Source of the DNA: an uncultured Gemmatimonadales bacterium
Lineage (GTDB): Bacteria > Gemmatimonadota > Gemmatimonadetes > Longimicrobiales > Gaopeijiaceae
Length of the DNA stretch: 64,000 bases
Assembly: GCA_963823035.1 (NCBI GenBank)
Contig: CAWGKG010000016.1
Span: forward strand, 1 to 64,000
Direction of reading: 5' to 3'
Position 1 is the stretch's first letter, and each line of letters starts with the position of its first letter. The notes under the pieces were generated by a model. The model was given only the letters and a program-made list of their open reading frames with translations, was not told where the DNA came from and made no database searches. Position numbers and translations under genes: made by a program. Positions 38,022 through 48,414 of this stretch are shown one piece after another.

Positions 38022-40047
38022 ATGCGTACACCCGCCGTCCTTCTCGCCTCCTTCCTCCTGGTCGCCTCCGCCTCCGCCCAGGACGTTCCGCGCCGACCCA
38101 TGACCACGGACGACGGCCTGGACATGGTGGCGGTCGGCGGCGTCACGATGTCGCCGGACGGGACGTGGGTGCTCTTCTCGAAGTCCGAGCTGGACTGGAA
38201 GGAGAACAAACGGAAGACGAGCTGGTGGCGCGCGGACGTGAGCGGAGGTGAGCCGTTCCGCTGGATCGGCGAGGACGGGGCGGGCTCCCCCGCCTTCTCC
38301 CCCGACGGCGCCCGCCTGGCCTTCACGCGCGCGGTGGAAGGGAAGGCCCAGATCTTCGTGATGCGCACGGCCGGTGGCGAGGCCGTGAAGCTCACGACCC
38401 ACGCCGCGGCCGTGGGGAGGTTCGCGTGGACGGACGACGGCTCGGCGATCGTGTTCGTGGCGGACGAGCCGCGCTCCGAGGAGGAGGAAAAGGCCCGCAA
38501 GGGAGGCGACGACGCCATCTTCGTCGACGAGGAGGCCAACGGGCAGGACGCCGACCAGTGGAGCAATCTCTGGCGCGTGGACGTCGCGTCCGGTGAGGAG
38601 AAGCGGCTGACCGACGGCGACCGGCTGGTAGGAGCCTTCTCGATCTCGCCGGACGGCTCGAAGGTCGCCTTCACCGCACGCACGGAGAACCGGAGGAACC
38701 AGGGCAACCTCTCGGAGATCTGGCTCCTGGACACCGCCGGCGGTGACGTGCGTCGGCTCACCGACAACCAGGCGCCCGAGGGGAATCTGCAATGGGCGCC
38801 GGACGGACGCCGCCTCGGCTACGAGGCTGCGAGCGACGCCGGTTGGGAACTCGGGCTCGAGAAGCTCTGGGTGATGGACACGGCCACCGGGGAGCACCGC
38901 ATGGTGTCGGGCGCGTGGGCGGGGAACCTGGGGACCTGGGCGTGGACGCCGGACGGTCGCGCCATCCTCTTCGGCGGGCTCCAGCGCACGGACACGAACC
39001 TGTACCGGGTGGACGTGGCGTCCGGGGACGTGACGCAGGTCACGCACGCCGTGGGCACGCTCGCGCCGGCTTCCTTCTCCCGTGACCGGACGCGCATGGC
39101 GTGGGCCGCCTCGGATCTGGACACGCCCCCGGACGTGTGGGCCGGCCCGACGGACGGCTCGCCCGGGCGCCGGCTCACGGACGTGAACCCCTGGATCGAG
39201 AAGGACATCGCGCTCGCCAAGGCGGAGGTGGTGCGCTGGAAGAGCACGGACGGCACGGAGATCGAGGGCATCCTCATCCTTCCCGGCGGGAAGGGGTGAC
39301 GACGCCAGCCTCCCCCTCCTGCTCCACATCCACGGGGGCCCGGCCGGGGTGTTCTCCAACCGCTTCAGCACGGCCTACCACGTCTGGGCGGGGCTCGGCT
39401 ACGCGCAGCTCCTGCCCAACGTGCGCGGCAGCTCCGGCTACACCGACGCGCTCCTGCGCGGCAACATGCACGACCTGGGCGGCGGCGACTTCCAGGACCT
39501 CATGACCGGCGTCGACTACGTGGTCGAGCGCGGCGTCGCGTCCCCCGACTCGCTCGCGGTGCGGGGGTGGAGCTACGGGGGGATCCTGGGCGGGTGGACC
39601 ATCACGCAGACCGACCGCTTCAAGGCGGCGTCCGTGGGCGCCATGGTGACCGACTGGACGTCCGAGTACGGGCCGGGCTTCAACTACGACGTGCGCCAGT
39701 GGTACATCGGAGGCACGCCGTGGGAGAACGCGGATGCGTACCGGACGAAGTCGTCGCTCACGCACGTGGCGAACGTGACCACGCCCACGCTGCTCCTCCA
39801 CGGGATGAGCGACAACACCGACACGGAGCCGCAGAGCATGATGTTCTTCCAGGCGCTCCGCGATCAGGGGAAGACCGTGCGCTACATCCGCTTCCCGCGC
39901 GAGCCGCACGGCTTCCGCGAGCCGCATCACCAGCGCATCCGCGACGTCGAGGAGATCCGCTGGATCCAGAAGTACGTGCGCGGCGTCGACTGGACGCCGT
40001 GGGAGCGGAAGGAGGAGAAGAAGGCGGAGGAGAAGGTCGTCTCCTGA
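38022..40047 (+). CDS. S9 family (acylaminoacyl/prolyl oligo-) peptidase (frameshift at about 39295)
   Basis: PD40 propeller repeats then IHGGP, NVRGSSGY, GWSYGG nucleophile, LLLHGMSD, REPHG. Confidence 0.9.
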
Positions 40048-40093
40048 GGATGGAGTGATGGAACGCGGGCGCGACGTGGGGCGTCGAAGGTGC

Positions 40094-41308
40094 ATGGAGA
40101 ATTCGATCCCCCGGACTCGCTTCCTGGGCGGCTGCGTGGCCGCCTGGCTCGTCGCAGCGGGTGCCTGCGCGGACGCGGGCGCGGACGGGTCCGCAGGGTT
40201 CGTCGTGCGCGACTCCGCGGGCGTGCATATCGCCGAGACGACCCGTCCGTCCTCGCAGGCCGCGGGCTGGTCCGTCGGCGACATCCTCTTCACGATCGGG
40301 GGCGGCGAGGACGCCGACCTGTTCGACGTGGCGGGAGGCGTCCTCCTCTCCGGCGGTGACGTCGCCGTGGCCGTGGGCGGGACGTCCCAGGTGCGCTTCT
40401 ACGACGGGAGCGGGGCCCTCCGCGGCGCCTTCGGCGGACGGGGCGACGGCCCCGGCGAGTTCCGCCTCCTCGCCGGGATCGGGCGGGCCGCGGGCGACAC
40501 CGTGTGGGCCTACGACTACGGGGCGGCGCGCGTCGGCCTGCTGACGCCGGAGGGCGGCGTGATCCGCTCCGTCACGCTGCGGCCCCCGCTCGGAGCCGGG
40601 ATCGTCGTGGGCCGGCGGACGGACGGGGCTTTCGTGGTCGGGCAGCTCTGGGGTTCGCCGCCGGCCGGCGCGGCGGACGTGGAGGGGCTGGTGCGGGAGG
40701 CGTCCGTCTACGCCCGCTACGCTCCGGACGGCTCGCTCCTGGACACGATCGGGCTCTTCCCCGGACGCGAGGTCGTCCATCGGCTGGAGGGCACGCGCAT
40801 GACGATGGGCGTGGCGCCCTTCGCCCGGAGCTCCAGCCACGCCCTCCTCGGGGACGACCTCGTGGTGGGCGATCAGGTGCGCACGGAGCTGTCCGTCGTC
40901 GGGGCCGGCTCGACGCTGCGCGTCCGGTGGAGCGGGCCTCCGCTCGACGTGACCCACGACGAGGTGGCGGCGTGGAAGGAGGCACAGGTCGCCGCCGCGG
41001 AGGCGGCCGATCGCCCGTCCGTGCGCGCCTACCTCGCGGACGTCCCCGTCCCGGAGCGGCGTCCGGCCTACGGCGCCTTCCTCGTGGGAACCGCCGGCAC
41101 CCTCTGGGTGGCCGAGGCCTCCGGCCCGGGTGAGGACGCGACGCGCTGGAACGTGTTCGACGCCGAGGGACGCGGGCTCGGCACGGTCGACATGCCCGAC
41201 CGCTTCCGCCTTCTCGACGTGGCCGAGGAGCGGGTGCTCGGTGTGGCGCGGGACGCGCTGGACGTCGAGCGCGTGGAGGTCCGGCGCCTCGTCCGCGCGC
41301 CCGGGTGA
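40094..41308 (+). CDS. 6-bladed beta-propeller (NHL-like) putative lipoprotein; start may be 40058
   Basis: AAGAC, VRDSAGVHI, GRGDGPGEF, RDALDVERV. Confidence 0.75.
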   Translation: MENSIPRTRFLGGCVAAWLVAAGACADAGADGSAGFVVRDSAGVHIAETTRPSSQAAGWSVGDILFTIGGGEDADLFDVAGGVLLSGGDVAVAVGGTSQVRFYDGSGALRGAFGGRGDGPGEFRLLAGIGRAAGDTVWAYDYGAARVGLLTPEGGVIRSVTLRPPLGAGIVVGRRTDGAFVVGQLWGSPPAGAADVEGLVREASVYARYAPDGSLLDTIGLFPGREVVHRLEGTRMTMGVAPFARSSSHALLGDDLVVGDQVRTELSVVGAGSTLRVRWSGPPLDVTHDEVAAWKEAQVAAAEAADRPSVRAYLADVPVPERRPAYGAFLVGTAGTLWVAEASGPGEDATRWNVFDAEGRGLGTVDMPDRFRLLDVAEERVLGVARDALDVERVEVRRLVRAPG

Positions 41309-41388
41309 GGCCATGCCCGACCCGACGGGAACGGCCGGCCGCGCTCGGGGGTTGTGACGCGGGAGCCGAACCGAACGGGAGGCGAGGG

Positions 41389-41938
41389 ATGAGCGAGGAG
41401 AAGCGCACCGAGGTGGCCACGCTGGGCGGCGGGTGCTTCTGGTGCCTGGAGGCCGTGTACGAGCGGGTCGAGGGCGTGACGGGCGTGCGGTCGGGCTACG
41501 CCGGTGGCGACCGGCCGAACCCGTCGTACCAGGAGGTATGCTCGGGGAACACCGGCCACGCGGAGGTGGTCGAGGTGCGCTTCGACCCGGACACGATCGG
41601 CTATCGGGACGTCCTGGAGATCTTCTTCGCGATCCACGACCCGACCACGCTCAACCGCCAGGGCGGGGACGTCGGCACGCAGTACCGATCCGTGATCTTC
41701 CACCACTCCGACGAGCAGAAGGTGGTCGCCGAGGCGGTGGTGCGCGATCTGGAGGCCGAGGGCGTGTGGGACGCGCCCATCGTGACCGACATCGAGCCCC
41801 TCGACACCTTCTGGCCAGCCGAGGACTACCACCGAGAGTACTTCCGGCGGAACCCGTCGCAGCCCTACTGCCAGGTGGTGGTGGCGCCGAAGGTCGGGAA
41901 GTTCAGGCAACGCTTCGCGCATCGGTTGCGGGACGTAG
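41389..41938 (+). CDS. msrA: peptide-methionine (S)-S-oxide reductase (3' end shifted by about 1 nt)
   Basis: GGGCFWC, TGHAEVV, HDPTTLNRQG, AEDYHREY, PYC; probable true stop TAG 41936-41938 is off-frame after a G run. Confidence 0.92.
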
Positions 41939-41943
41939 GAGCG

Positions 41944-42375
41944 TCAGCTCCCCTGCAGCGCCCCCAGGCGCGCCTCGATGTCGCGGAAGCGGTCCTCCGC
42001 CTCGGGAAAGCCGACGAGCATCCCGCCGCCCGGCGCGATGAGCGAGAACAGGGTGCGCGCCTTCTCGAAGCTCGTCCGCGCGTCGTCCGCCCGCTCCTCC
42101 ACCTCCGCCTCGAGCCCGTCCAGATAGAGCAGCTCGGCGATGAGCCAGCAGCGTCCCGGCTCGACCTCGCCGCTGGGCGCCACCAGCATGTGGAGGGTGT
42201 CGCCGGACAGGCCCCGGATCACGTCGAGGTCGAAGCCGCTCCGTCCGGCGAGCGCCTGGAGGTCCTCCTCGATCCGCGCCGGCGTGGTGCGCCGCCCCAG
42301 GATCCGGTTGCGCATGGCGATGAGCGCGCCGCCTATCTGCTCGATCATCCTGAGGATGTAGTCGCGTCGCTCCAT
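41944..42375 (-). CDS. DUF6483-like hypothetical protein
   Basis: MERRDYILRMIEQIG N-terminal motif; GGAGG RBS. Confidence 0.65.
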   Translation of the reverse strand: MERRDYILRMIEQIGGALIAMRNRILGRRTTPARIEEDLQALAGRSGFDLDVIRGLSGDTLHMLVAPSGEVEPGRCWLIAELLYLDGLEAEVEERADDARTSFEKARTLFSLIAPGGGMLVGFPEAEDRFRDIEARLGALQGS

Positions 42376-42595
42376 CCGTACCGCCTCCCAAAGGTCCTCG
42401 AGGAGCATGGCGAGGGGTGCCGCCGGGGGCAATGGGGTGCGCCCGGCGCGCTGCCTGGCATCGGTCCTGCATGAGATGCGCATAAGAGACGTGAACGCGA
42501 AGGAGGGACCGTGTGGGGGCGGAACTTCCGGGGGAACGACGGGATACACCCGCATACCCTAGACGCGAAACCACTCCCCAATGGAAGGTGATCCT

Positions 42596-43027
42596 ATGCC
42601 CAAGCCCCCGGGCAACCTCGTCGTGAAGTGGCGAGAACTGGCCGAAGAGGGCTACCTGTACGCCGAGATCTCCCGCATGTATCCGGGTTATTCGGTAGAT
42701 CAGGTCAGGCACTACTGCCTGGGCCACACCGGCCGTGGCATTCCCGGGCCGGTGCAGCGGGTCGACCGCTGGTACGGCTCCAACGTGTGGTTGCGCGGGC
42801 CGAACTCGCCGCACGCGCAGCTCACCGAGACCCAGGCTCGCAAGGTGCTCGACGACTGGGACGACGAGCTGGACCGCTGGGGCCTGCCCGGAGCCGAATG
42901 GGCCCGCCGCCTCAAGGTCTCTCCGTCGACCATCTACATGCTTCGTCGCGGCGAGACGTGGTCCCACCTGGAGCATCCGAACCAGGGTCGCAAGTCCAAG
43001 AAGCGGAAGCGTAAGCGGAAGAAATAG
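42596..43027 (+). CDS. tandem HTH DNA-binding protein resembling the C-terminal domain of phage HNH endonucleases
   Basis: GPNSPHAQLTETQA...ARRLKVSPSTIYMLRRGETWSHL; N-terminal YAEISRMYPGYSVDQVRHY; basic tail. Confidence 0.6.
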   Translation: MPKPPGNLVVKWRELAEEGYLYAEISRMYPGYSVDQVRHYCLGHTGRGIPGPVQRVDRWYGSNVWLRGPNSPHAQLTETQARKVLDDWDDELDRWGLPGAEWARRLKVSPSTIYMLRRGETWSHLEHPNQGRKSKKRKRKRKK

Positions 43028-43166
43028 TCTCCGCCGGCGTCGTCACGCGGTGCGCCACCCCGGTCCTCTCGTAGGATCGGGGCTTCGCGCGTATTCTCCG
43101 TTCGAGCTCTCCCCCAGTCCGACCCGCTCGCCTGGCACCGGGTACGGTGCCTCGGAGGATCGACCC

Positions 43167-44780
43167 ATGGACCGCCGCACGCTCGTCGCCGTCGCTCTGG
43201 CACTTCTCTCCATCGCGCCCGGCGCCTGCGGCCGCTCCTCGGCCGAGGTCGCGGATGTGCTACTCCTCGGAGGGTCGGTGCTGGACGGCACCGGGTCCGC
43301 GGCCGTCCACCAGGACGTCGCCGTCGTCGCGGACCGCATGTCGTTCCTCGGCGATGCTGCGGCCGCGGCGCTGCAGGCAAAGGACACCGTGGACGTGTCG
43401 GGGCTGCTCGTCGTGCCCGGCTTCATCGACATGCACTCCCATGCGGAGCTGGACGAGCCCTACGGGCGTGCGGGGAAGGCCTTCCTGTTCCAGGGCGTCA
43501 CCACGGTGGCGAAGGGTGTGGACGGCGACGGCGACAGCGACGTCTCCGATCAGATGGCCCGCTGGACGGAGGAGGGCATCGGCCTGAACGCCTTCACCTA
43601 CGTGGGGCACAACACGATCCGCCGCTCGGTCATGGGAATGGTCGACCGCGCGCCCACTGCCGCGGAGATGGAGGCGATGAAGGCGCGGGTGCGTCAGGCC
43701 ATGGAGGAGGGCGCGCAGGGGCTCTCGAGCGGGCTGTTCTACCTCCCGGGCAACTACGCGACCACCGAGGAGGTGATCGAGCTCAACCGGGTCGCGGCGG
43801 CCTACCCGGGCGCCATCTACGACACGCACGACCGGGATCTGGGCGCGGCGTATCCATCCTTCGGATACCTGAACTCCGTGGCGGAGGGCATCCGCATCGG
43901 CGAGGAGGCGGGCACCAAGGTCATCTTCAGCCACTTCAACCCGCAGGGCGCCCAGAACTACGGCCGCGCGCCCGAGGGCGCCGCGCTCATCGAGGCGGCG
44001 CAGGCGCGCGGGGTCGACGTGCAGGCCGCGCAGCACGTCTACACGGCGACGCAGTCCAACCTCCGCTCCTACACGGTGCCCGGGTGGGCGGTGGCGGGCG
44101 GGGACACGGCGATGGTGCGCCGGTTCGACACGCCGGACACCCTGGCCCTGATCGACCGTCAGACCCGGGAGATGCTCGCGATCCGGGGCGGCGCGGAGAA
44201 GCTCCTCTTCGCGGATCCGCGCCCCGAGCTGAACGGGCACACCCTCGCGGAGGTGGCGACGTCGTGGGGGATGTCCGCTCCGGCCGCCGCGCGGCGCATC
44301 CTCAGGGAGCGCAACGCCTCGGTGATGAACCTCGACCTGTACGACGTCGAGAACACGCGCTACCTGGCGCGGAAGCCGTGGATGATGACCTGCACGGACG
44401 GGCGCGATCCCGGACCGGGCCAGGCGGTCACGCACCCGCGCGTCTTCGGCGCCTTCAGCAAGAAGCTGCGCGATTTCGCGCTCGACGACACCGTGATCTC
44501 GCTCCCCTTCGCCGTGCGCTCGATGACCGGGCTCGCGGCGGACTTCCTCGGGTGGACCGACCGCGGCTACCTGCGCGTCGGGTACGCCGCGGACCTCGCC
44601 GTGCTCGATCCGGCTCGCGTGCGTGACCGGGCCACCTACGAGCAGCCCCAGCAGTACGCCGAGGGCACCGTCCACGTGCTCGTGAACGGCGTGTTCGCCG
44701 TCCGGGACGGCGTCGCGACGGAGGCGCTGGCCGGCGTTCCCGTCCTTCGGGGTGGGGCCGTCTTCAAGCGAGCGCCCTGA
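43167..44780 (+). CDS. N-acyl-D-amino-acid deacylase (amidohydrolase)
   Basis: PGFIDMHSH, GLSSGLFY, HPRVFGAF, GYAADLAVLDP, VLVNG; lipoprotein-like leader. Confidence 0.9.
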   Translation: MDRRTLVAVALALLSIAPGACGRSSAEVADVLLLGGSVLDGTGSAAVHQDVAVVADRMSFLGDAAAAALQAKDTVDVSGLLVVPGFIDMHSHAELDEPYGRAGKAFLFQGVTTVAKGVDGDGDSDVSDQMARWTEEGIGLNAFTYVGHNTIRRSVMGMVDRAPTAAEMEAMKARVRQAMEEGAQGLSSGLFYLPGNYATTEEVIELNRVAAAYPGAIYDTHDRDLGAAYPSFGYLNSVAEGIRIGEEAGTKVIFSHFNPQGAQNYGRAPEGAALIEAAQARGVDVQAAQHVYTATQSNLRSYTVPGWAVAGGDTAMVRRFDTPDTLALIDRQTREMLAIRGGAEKLLFADPRPELNGHTLAEVATSWGMSAPAAARRILRERNASVMNLDLYDVENTRYLARKPWMMTCTDGRDPGPGQAVTHPRVFGAFSKKLRDFALDDTVISLPFAVRSMTGLAADFLGWTDRGYLRVGYAADLAVLDPARVRDRATYEQPQQYAEGTVHVLVNGVFAVRDGVATEALAGVPVLRGGAVFKRAP

Positions 44781-44885
44781 CTGGGCTTTCCCCCACATCG
44801 ACTTCAGCCGATTCCCGATGGCTCGCGAACCTCCCGCGGGGGCAGTCTCCAAGAGCTGCTGGGGCACCCGAGCAGGAGGCGTGTC

Positions 44886-45353
44886 ATGCCGGTCGATCGA
44901 CTGCGGAAGTACCTCGAGGAGAACCACGTCGAGTACATGACGGTTTCGCACTCGCCGGCCTTCACGGCCCAGGAGATCGCCGCCAGGGCCCACGTGCCGG
45001 GGAAGGACGTGGCCAAGACCGTGATGGTCAAGCTCGACGGTCGCATGGCCATGGTCGTCCTTCCGGCGCCCGACAAGGTGAGCGCCGCCCGACTCAAGGA
45101 GGTCAGCGGCGCCAGCGTCGTGGAGCTCGCCACCGAGCGGGAGTTCGCGGAGATCTTCCCGACCTGCGAGGTGGGGGCCATGCCCCCCTTCGGGAACCTG
45201 TGGGGGATGGACGTCTACGCCGACGCCCAACTGTGCGCGGACGAGGAGATCATGTTCAACGCGGGGAGCCACACCGAGCTGGTGAAGCTGTCCTTCGCTG
45301 AGTTCGAGCGCCTGGTCCGACCGCGCGTGGCCGCGCTCTCTACGCGGGACTAG
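44886..45353 (+). CDS. YbaK/ProX aminoacyl-tRNA editing domain protein
   Basis: HSPAFTAQEIA, VAKTVMVK, CEVGAMPPFG, FNAGSHTE. Confidence 0.92.
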   Translation: MPVDRLRKYLEENHVEYMTVSHSPAFTAQEIAARAHVPGKDVAKTVMVKLDGRMAMVVLPAPDKVSAARLKEVSGASVVELATEREFAEIFPTCEVGAMPPFGNLWGMDVYADAQLCADEEIMFNAGSHTELVKLSFAEFERLVRPRVAALSTRD

Positions 45354-45356
45354 CCG

Positions 45357-45680
45357 CTAGGAGCCGTCATCCCCCACGTGGGGCTCGGGCTCGGCGTCGG
45401 GGGGCATCAGGCGCGGCGGCGGCTGGCCCAGGGGCGTGGCGCCGCTCAGCAGTTGCTCCTGGAAGTCGAGGCGTGCGTCCAGGTTGTGGAGCTGCAGCGA
45501 CATCTCCGCCATCTCGGCGCGCAGGGCGGACATCTCCCGGTCACGGAGCGCGCCGGCCGGCGGCGACTCCTCGGCTCCAAGCTTGCGGACGAGCCACTGC
45601 GACAGCAGCGTGCCGGCCGCGCCGATGGCGCCGCCGGCCACGAAAACAGCCGCGAGTCCGACCCAGATCTCCGGACCCAT
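45357..45680 (-). CDS. small TM + coiled-coil hypothetical protein (PspB-like architecture)
   Basis: N-terminal TM, heptad region ending LDARLDFQEQLL. Confidence 0.6.
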   Translation of the reverse strand: MGPEIWVGLAAVFVAGGAIGAAGTLLSQWLVRKLGAEESPPAGALRDREMSALRAEMAEMSLQLHNLDARLDFQEQLLSGATPLGQPPPRLMPPDAEPEPHVGDDGS

Positions 45681-45786
45681 AAGCCCTTCACTCCTCTCCC
45701 CGGGGGCCGGACCTCCATGACGAGGCCGGCTTTCCCTCCACGACGACACCGCGGTCGGGGAAGTTTCGGCGCCTACGGTGTCCCGG

Positions 45787-47351
45787 CTACCGCACGCGCT
45801 CCAGGAAGGCCGGCTCCGCCGAGCGCCAGATCGTGCGCAGGCGCGCGTCCGCCTCGGCGGCCACGTCCGCCTGTCCCGCCTGGTCCGCGGCGATCGCGAG
45901 GCCCATCAGGTCGAGCGTACGGCCGGGTGTGAGCTCGAGCGCCTTCCGGAAGGCCGCGACGGCCTCCGCGGCCTGCCCCTCCTCGAGGAGGACCTCGCCC
46001 AGGAGCTCGTGGGGCGGCTTGAGGCTGGCGGGCGGACCGAACTCGAAGGGAAGCGACGTCTCGAGCTCGGCGGCGTCCCGGAGCAGGGCGACGGCCCGAT
46101 CGCCGTCACCGTCCTCCACGGCGAGCAGCGCGCCGATCTCCATCTCACGGATACGCGCTCGCGGCGCGTCGACGCCCGCCGACTCCCGCAGACGGGTCAT
46201 CTTCTCGAGGAGCGCCGCGGCACCGTCCCGGTCGCCGCGCTTCACGGCGGCGTAGGCGCTCACGAAGTCGTACGCGTGGCGGTCGGGCGCGTTCTCGGGG
46301 AGGTCGGCCGCGAACCGATCGGCCTCGGCCCAGTCCTCCGTGTCGAGCACGTGCCGCCCACGCATGTCGACGTAGTAGGCGATCTCGTCGGGTCCCGCGC
46401 CGGAGCGCACCCGCTCCAGGCAGGCCTGCATCCCCGCCGCGGCGTCCTGCGGCCTTCCCTGCATGAGCCAACCGTAGTGCAGCCAGGACGTGTAGTGGCC
46501 GCACACGTTGGGCGGGCGGCCCAGCTCGGCCAGGCGCGCGTTCTGCACGTCGCGGGCCCGGATGTTGGCGGTGACGACGTCGTCCCACATCCCCATGGCC
46601 ACGAAGATGTGCGAGGTCATGTGCTGGGCGTGGGCCGCGCCCGGCGCGATGTCCGCGTACGCGCGGGCGGCGGCCAGGCCGAGCGGGGCGTGCACCGGAT
46701 CGTCGTAGGAGTGGATGAGGTAGTGCGCGGCGCCCGGGTGGCGCGGATTGGCGTCGAAGACCGTCTGGGCGACGGCGGCCGCGCGCAGGTAGGTCGCGAA
46801 GTCGCGCTCGCCGTCGCGGGTGCCGAGGATCGAGAGCGCGTAGAACGCCCGGGCCTCGAGGTCTCCGGGGTACCGCCTCGGACAGCCGCTTCATCGCCTC
46901 CATGTAGCGGCGGTCCCGTTCCGCCTTGTCCGCCCGCGCCGTAGAGCAGGTCCACGGCCTCGAGGTAGCCCCGCTCCCGCTCCGTGGGGGCACGCTCGGC
47001 GCGCGCCTCGGGGGTGGGCGCGTAGCGCGCGAGCGCCGTGCGCGCCGCGTCACCGTCCTGCTGGCGCCAGAGCGGGTGGTTGTACGTCATCGCCTCGCCC
47101 CAGTAGGCCAGCGCGAAGGTGGGGTCGGCCTTCTGGGCGGCCTGGAACGCGGTGGCGGCGTCCTCGAACTCGAAGGAGTGCAGGAGGAGCACGCCGCGCA
47201 CGAAGGGGCCCTGGGCGGACGGCGCGCCGGAGTTGGGGAAGTCGATCGTGCCGAGGCGGCTCTCCTGGGCGCGCGCGGAGCCGGCCACGAGGAGAGCGAG
47301 CGCGAGGGCGAGCGTGGCGCTGGTCCACCTACCGTGCGAGGGCGCGTACAT
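45787..47351 (-). CDS. exported TPR-containing protein (frameshifts at about 46860-46935)
   Basis: LLLHSFEF...DPTFALAYWGEAM in ORF 46617..47399; HAQHMTSHIF and TPR helices in ORF 45787..46695. Confidence 0.8.
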
Positions 47352-47509
47352 GAGGGCTCCTGGGCGGGACGACGGGGGCGGGAGGGTCCACCCGCGCATC
47401 CCATCCGGTAAGCCCCGGGGCCGCGGGCCGCAAGGAGAGCGGGCTGGCGCGCGCGCGCCGGGCGCTGTTGGTTGGAAGCTCTGCGAACCGAATCGACCGG
47501 GAGGGGGAC

Positions 47510-48216
47510 GTGGATCTCCACGTGGGAACGAGCGGCTACAGCTACAAGGAGTGGAAGGGGCCCTTCTACCCCGAGGACCTCGCCGCGGGCGACATGCTCC
47601 GCTACTACGCGGAGCGGCTGGCGAGCGTCGAGATCAACAACACCTTCTACCGCCTGCCGAAGACGTCCGTCCTGGAGTCGTGGGCGGAGCAGGTGGGCGA
47701 TGGCTTCCGCTTCTCCATCAAGGCGTCGCAGAAGATCACGCACCGCAAGCGCCTCAAGGAGGCCGGCGACGAGACCGCCTACCTGGTGCGACACCGTGCG
47801 CGCGCTCGGCGCCAAGCTCGGCGTGCTGCTCTTCCAGCTTCCGCCCAACCTGAAGAAGGACGTGGAGCGTCTGCGCGCCTTCTTCGACCTTGCTTCCCGC
47901 CGACGTCCCGACGGCCTTCGAGTTCCGCCACGAGAGCTGGAGGGACGACGAGGTGTACGACGTGCTGCGCGGGCGTGGTGCGGCCCTGTGCTGCGCGGAC
48001 ACGGACGCCACCGACGACGACGAGCCCATCGTGTCGACGGCGCCCTTCGGCTACCTGCGCCTTCGCCGGCCCGGCTACGACGCCGCGGACCTGGCGCGGT
48101 GGGCGGAGGCGGTGCGCGCCCAGCCGTGGGAGCGTGCGTTCGTCTTCTTCAAGCACGAGGACGAGGGGGCGGGACCCCGCATGGCGATGGAGTTCCGGGA
48201 GATCGCGCGGGGGTAG
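47510..48216 (+). CDS. DUF72 family protein (frameshifts at about 47790 and 47890)
   Basis: VGTSGYSYKEWKGPFYP, VEINNTFY, LFQLPP, AFEFRHESW, YLRLR across three frames. Confidence 0.88.
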
Positions 48217-48414
48217 GGCCGGAGGCGGGGCAACCCTCCGCGCACGCTCCGCATCGAACCTGATCTGGGTGGGGACGGAGGTCCGGAGGACCTCCAGGGG
48301 GGCGAGAGGCCGGCTGCCCGATCCAAGCGGGGCGCGCATGCGACCCCGTCACTTCGCACGGTGTGCACCGCGTCGGGCTGCCCGGCGCGGTGTATCCTTT
48401 TTCGGGGAGTCGGC

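Noticed and set aside
41305..42474. MsrA with a long C-terminal extension overlapping an antisense gene
   Set aside because: Removing one G at about 41931 gives a normal stop at 41938; the extension is the antisense of the DUF6483-like gene.
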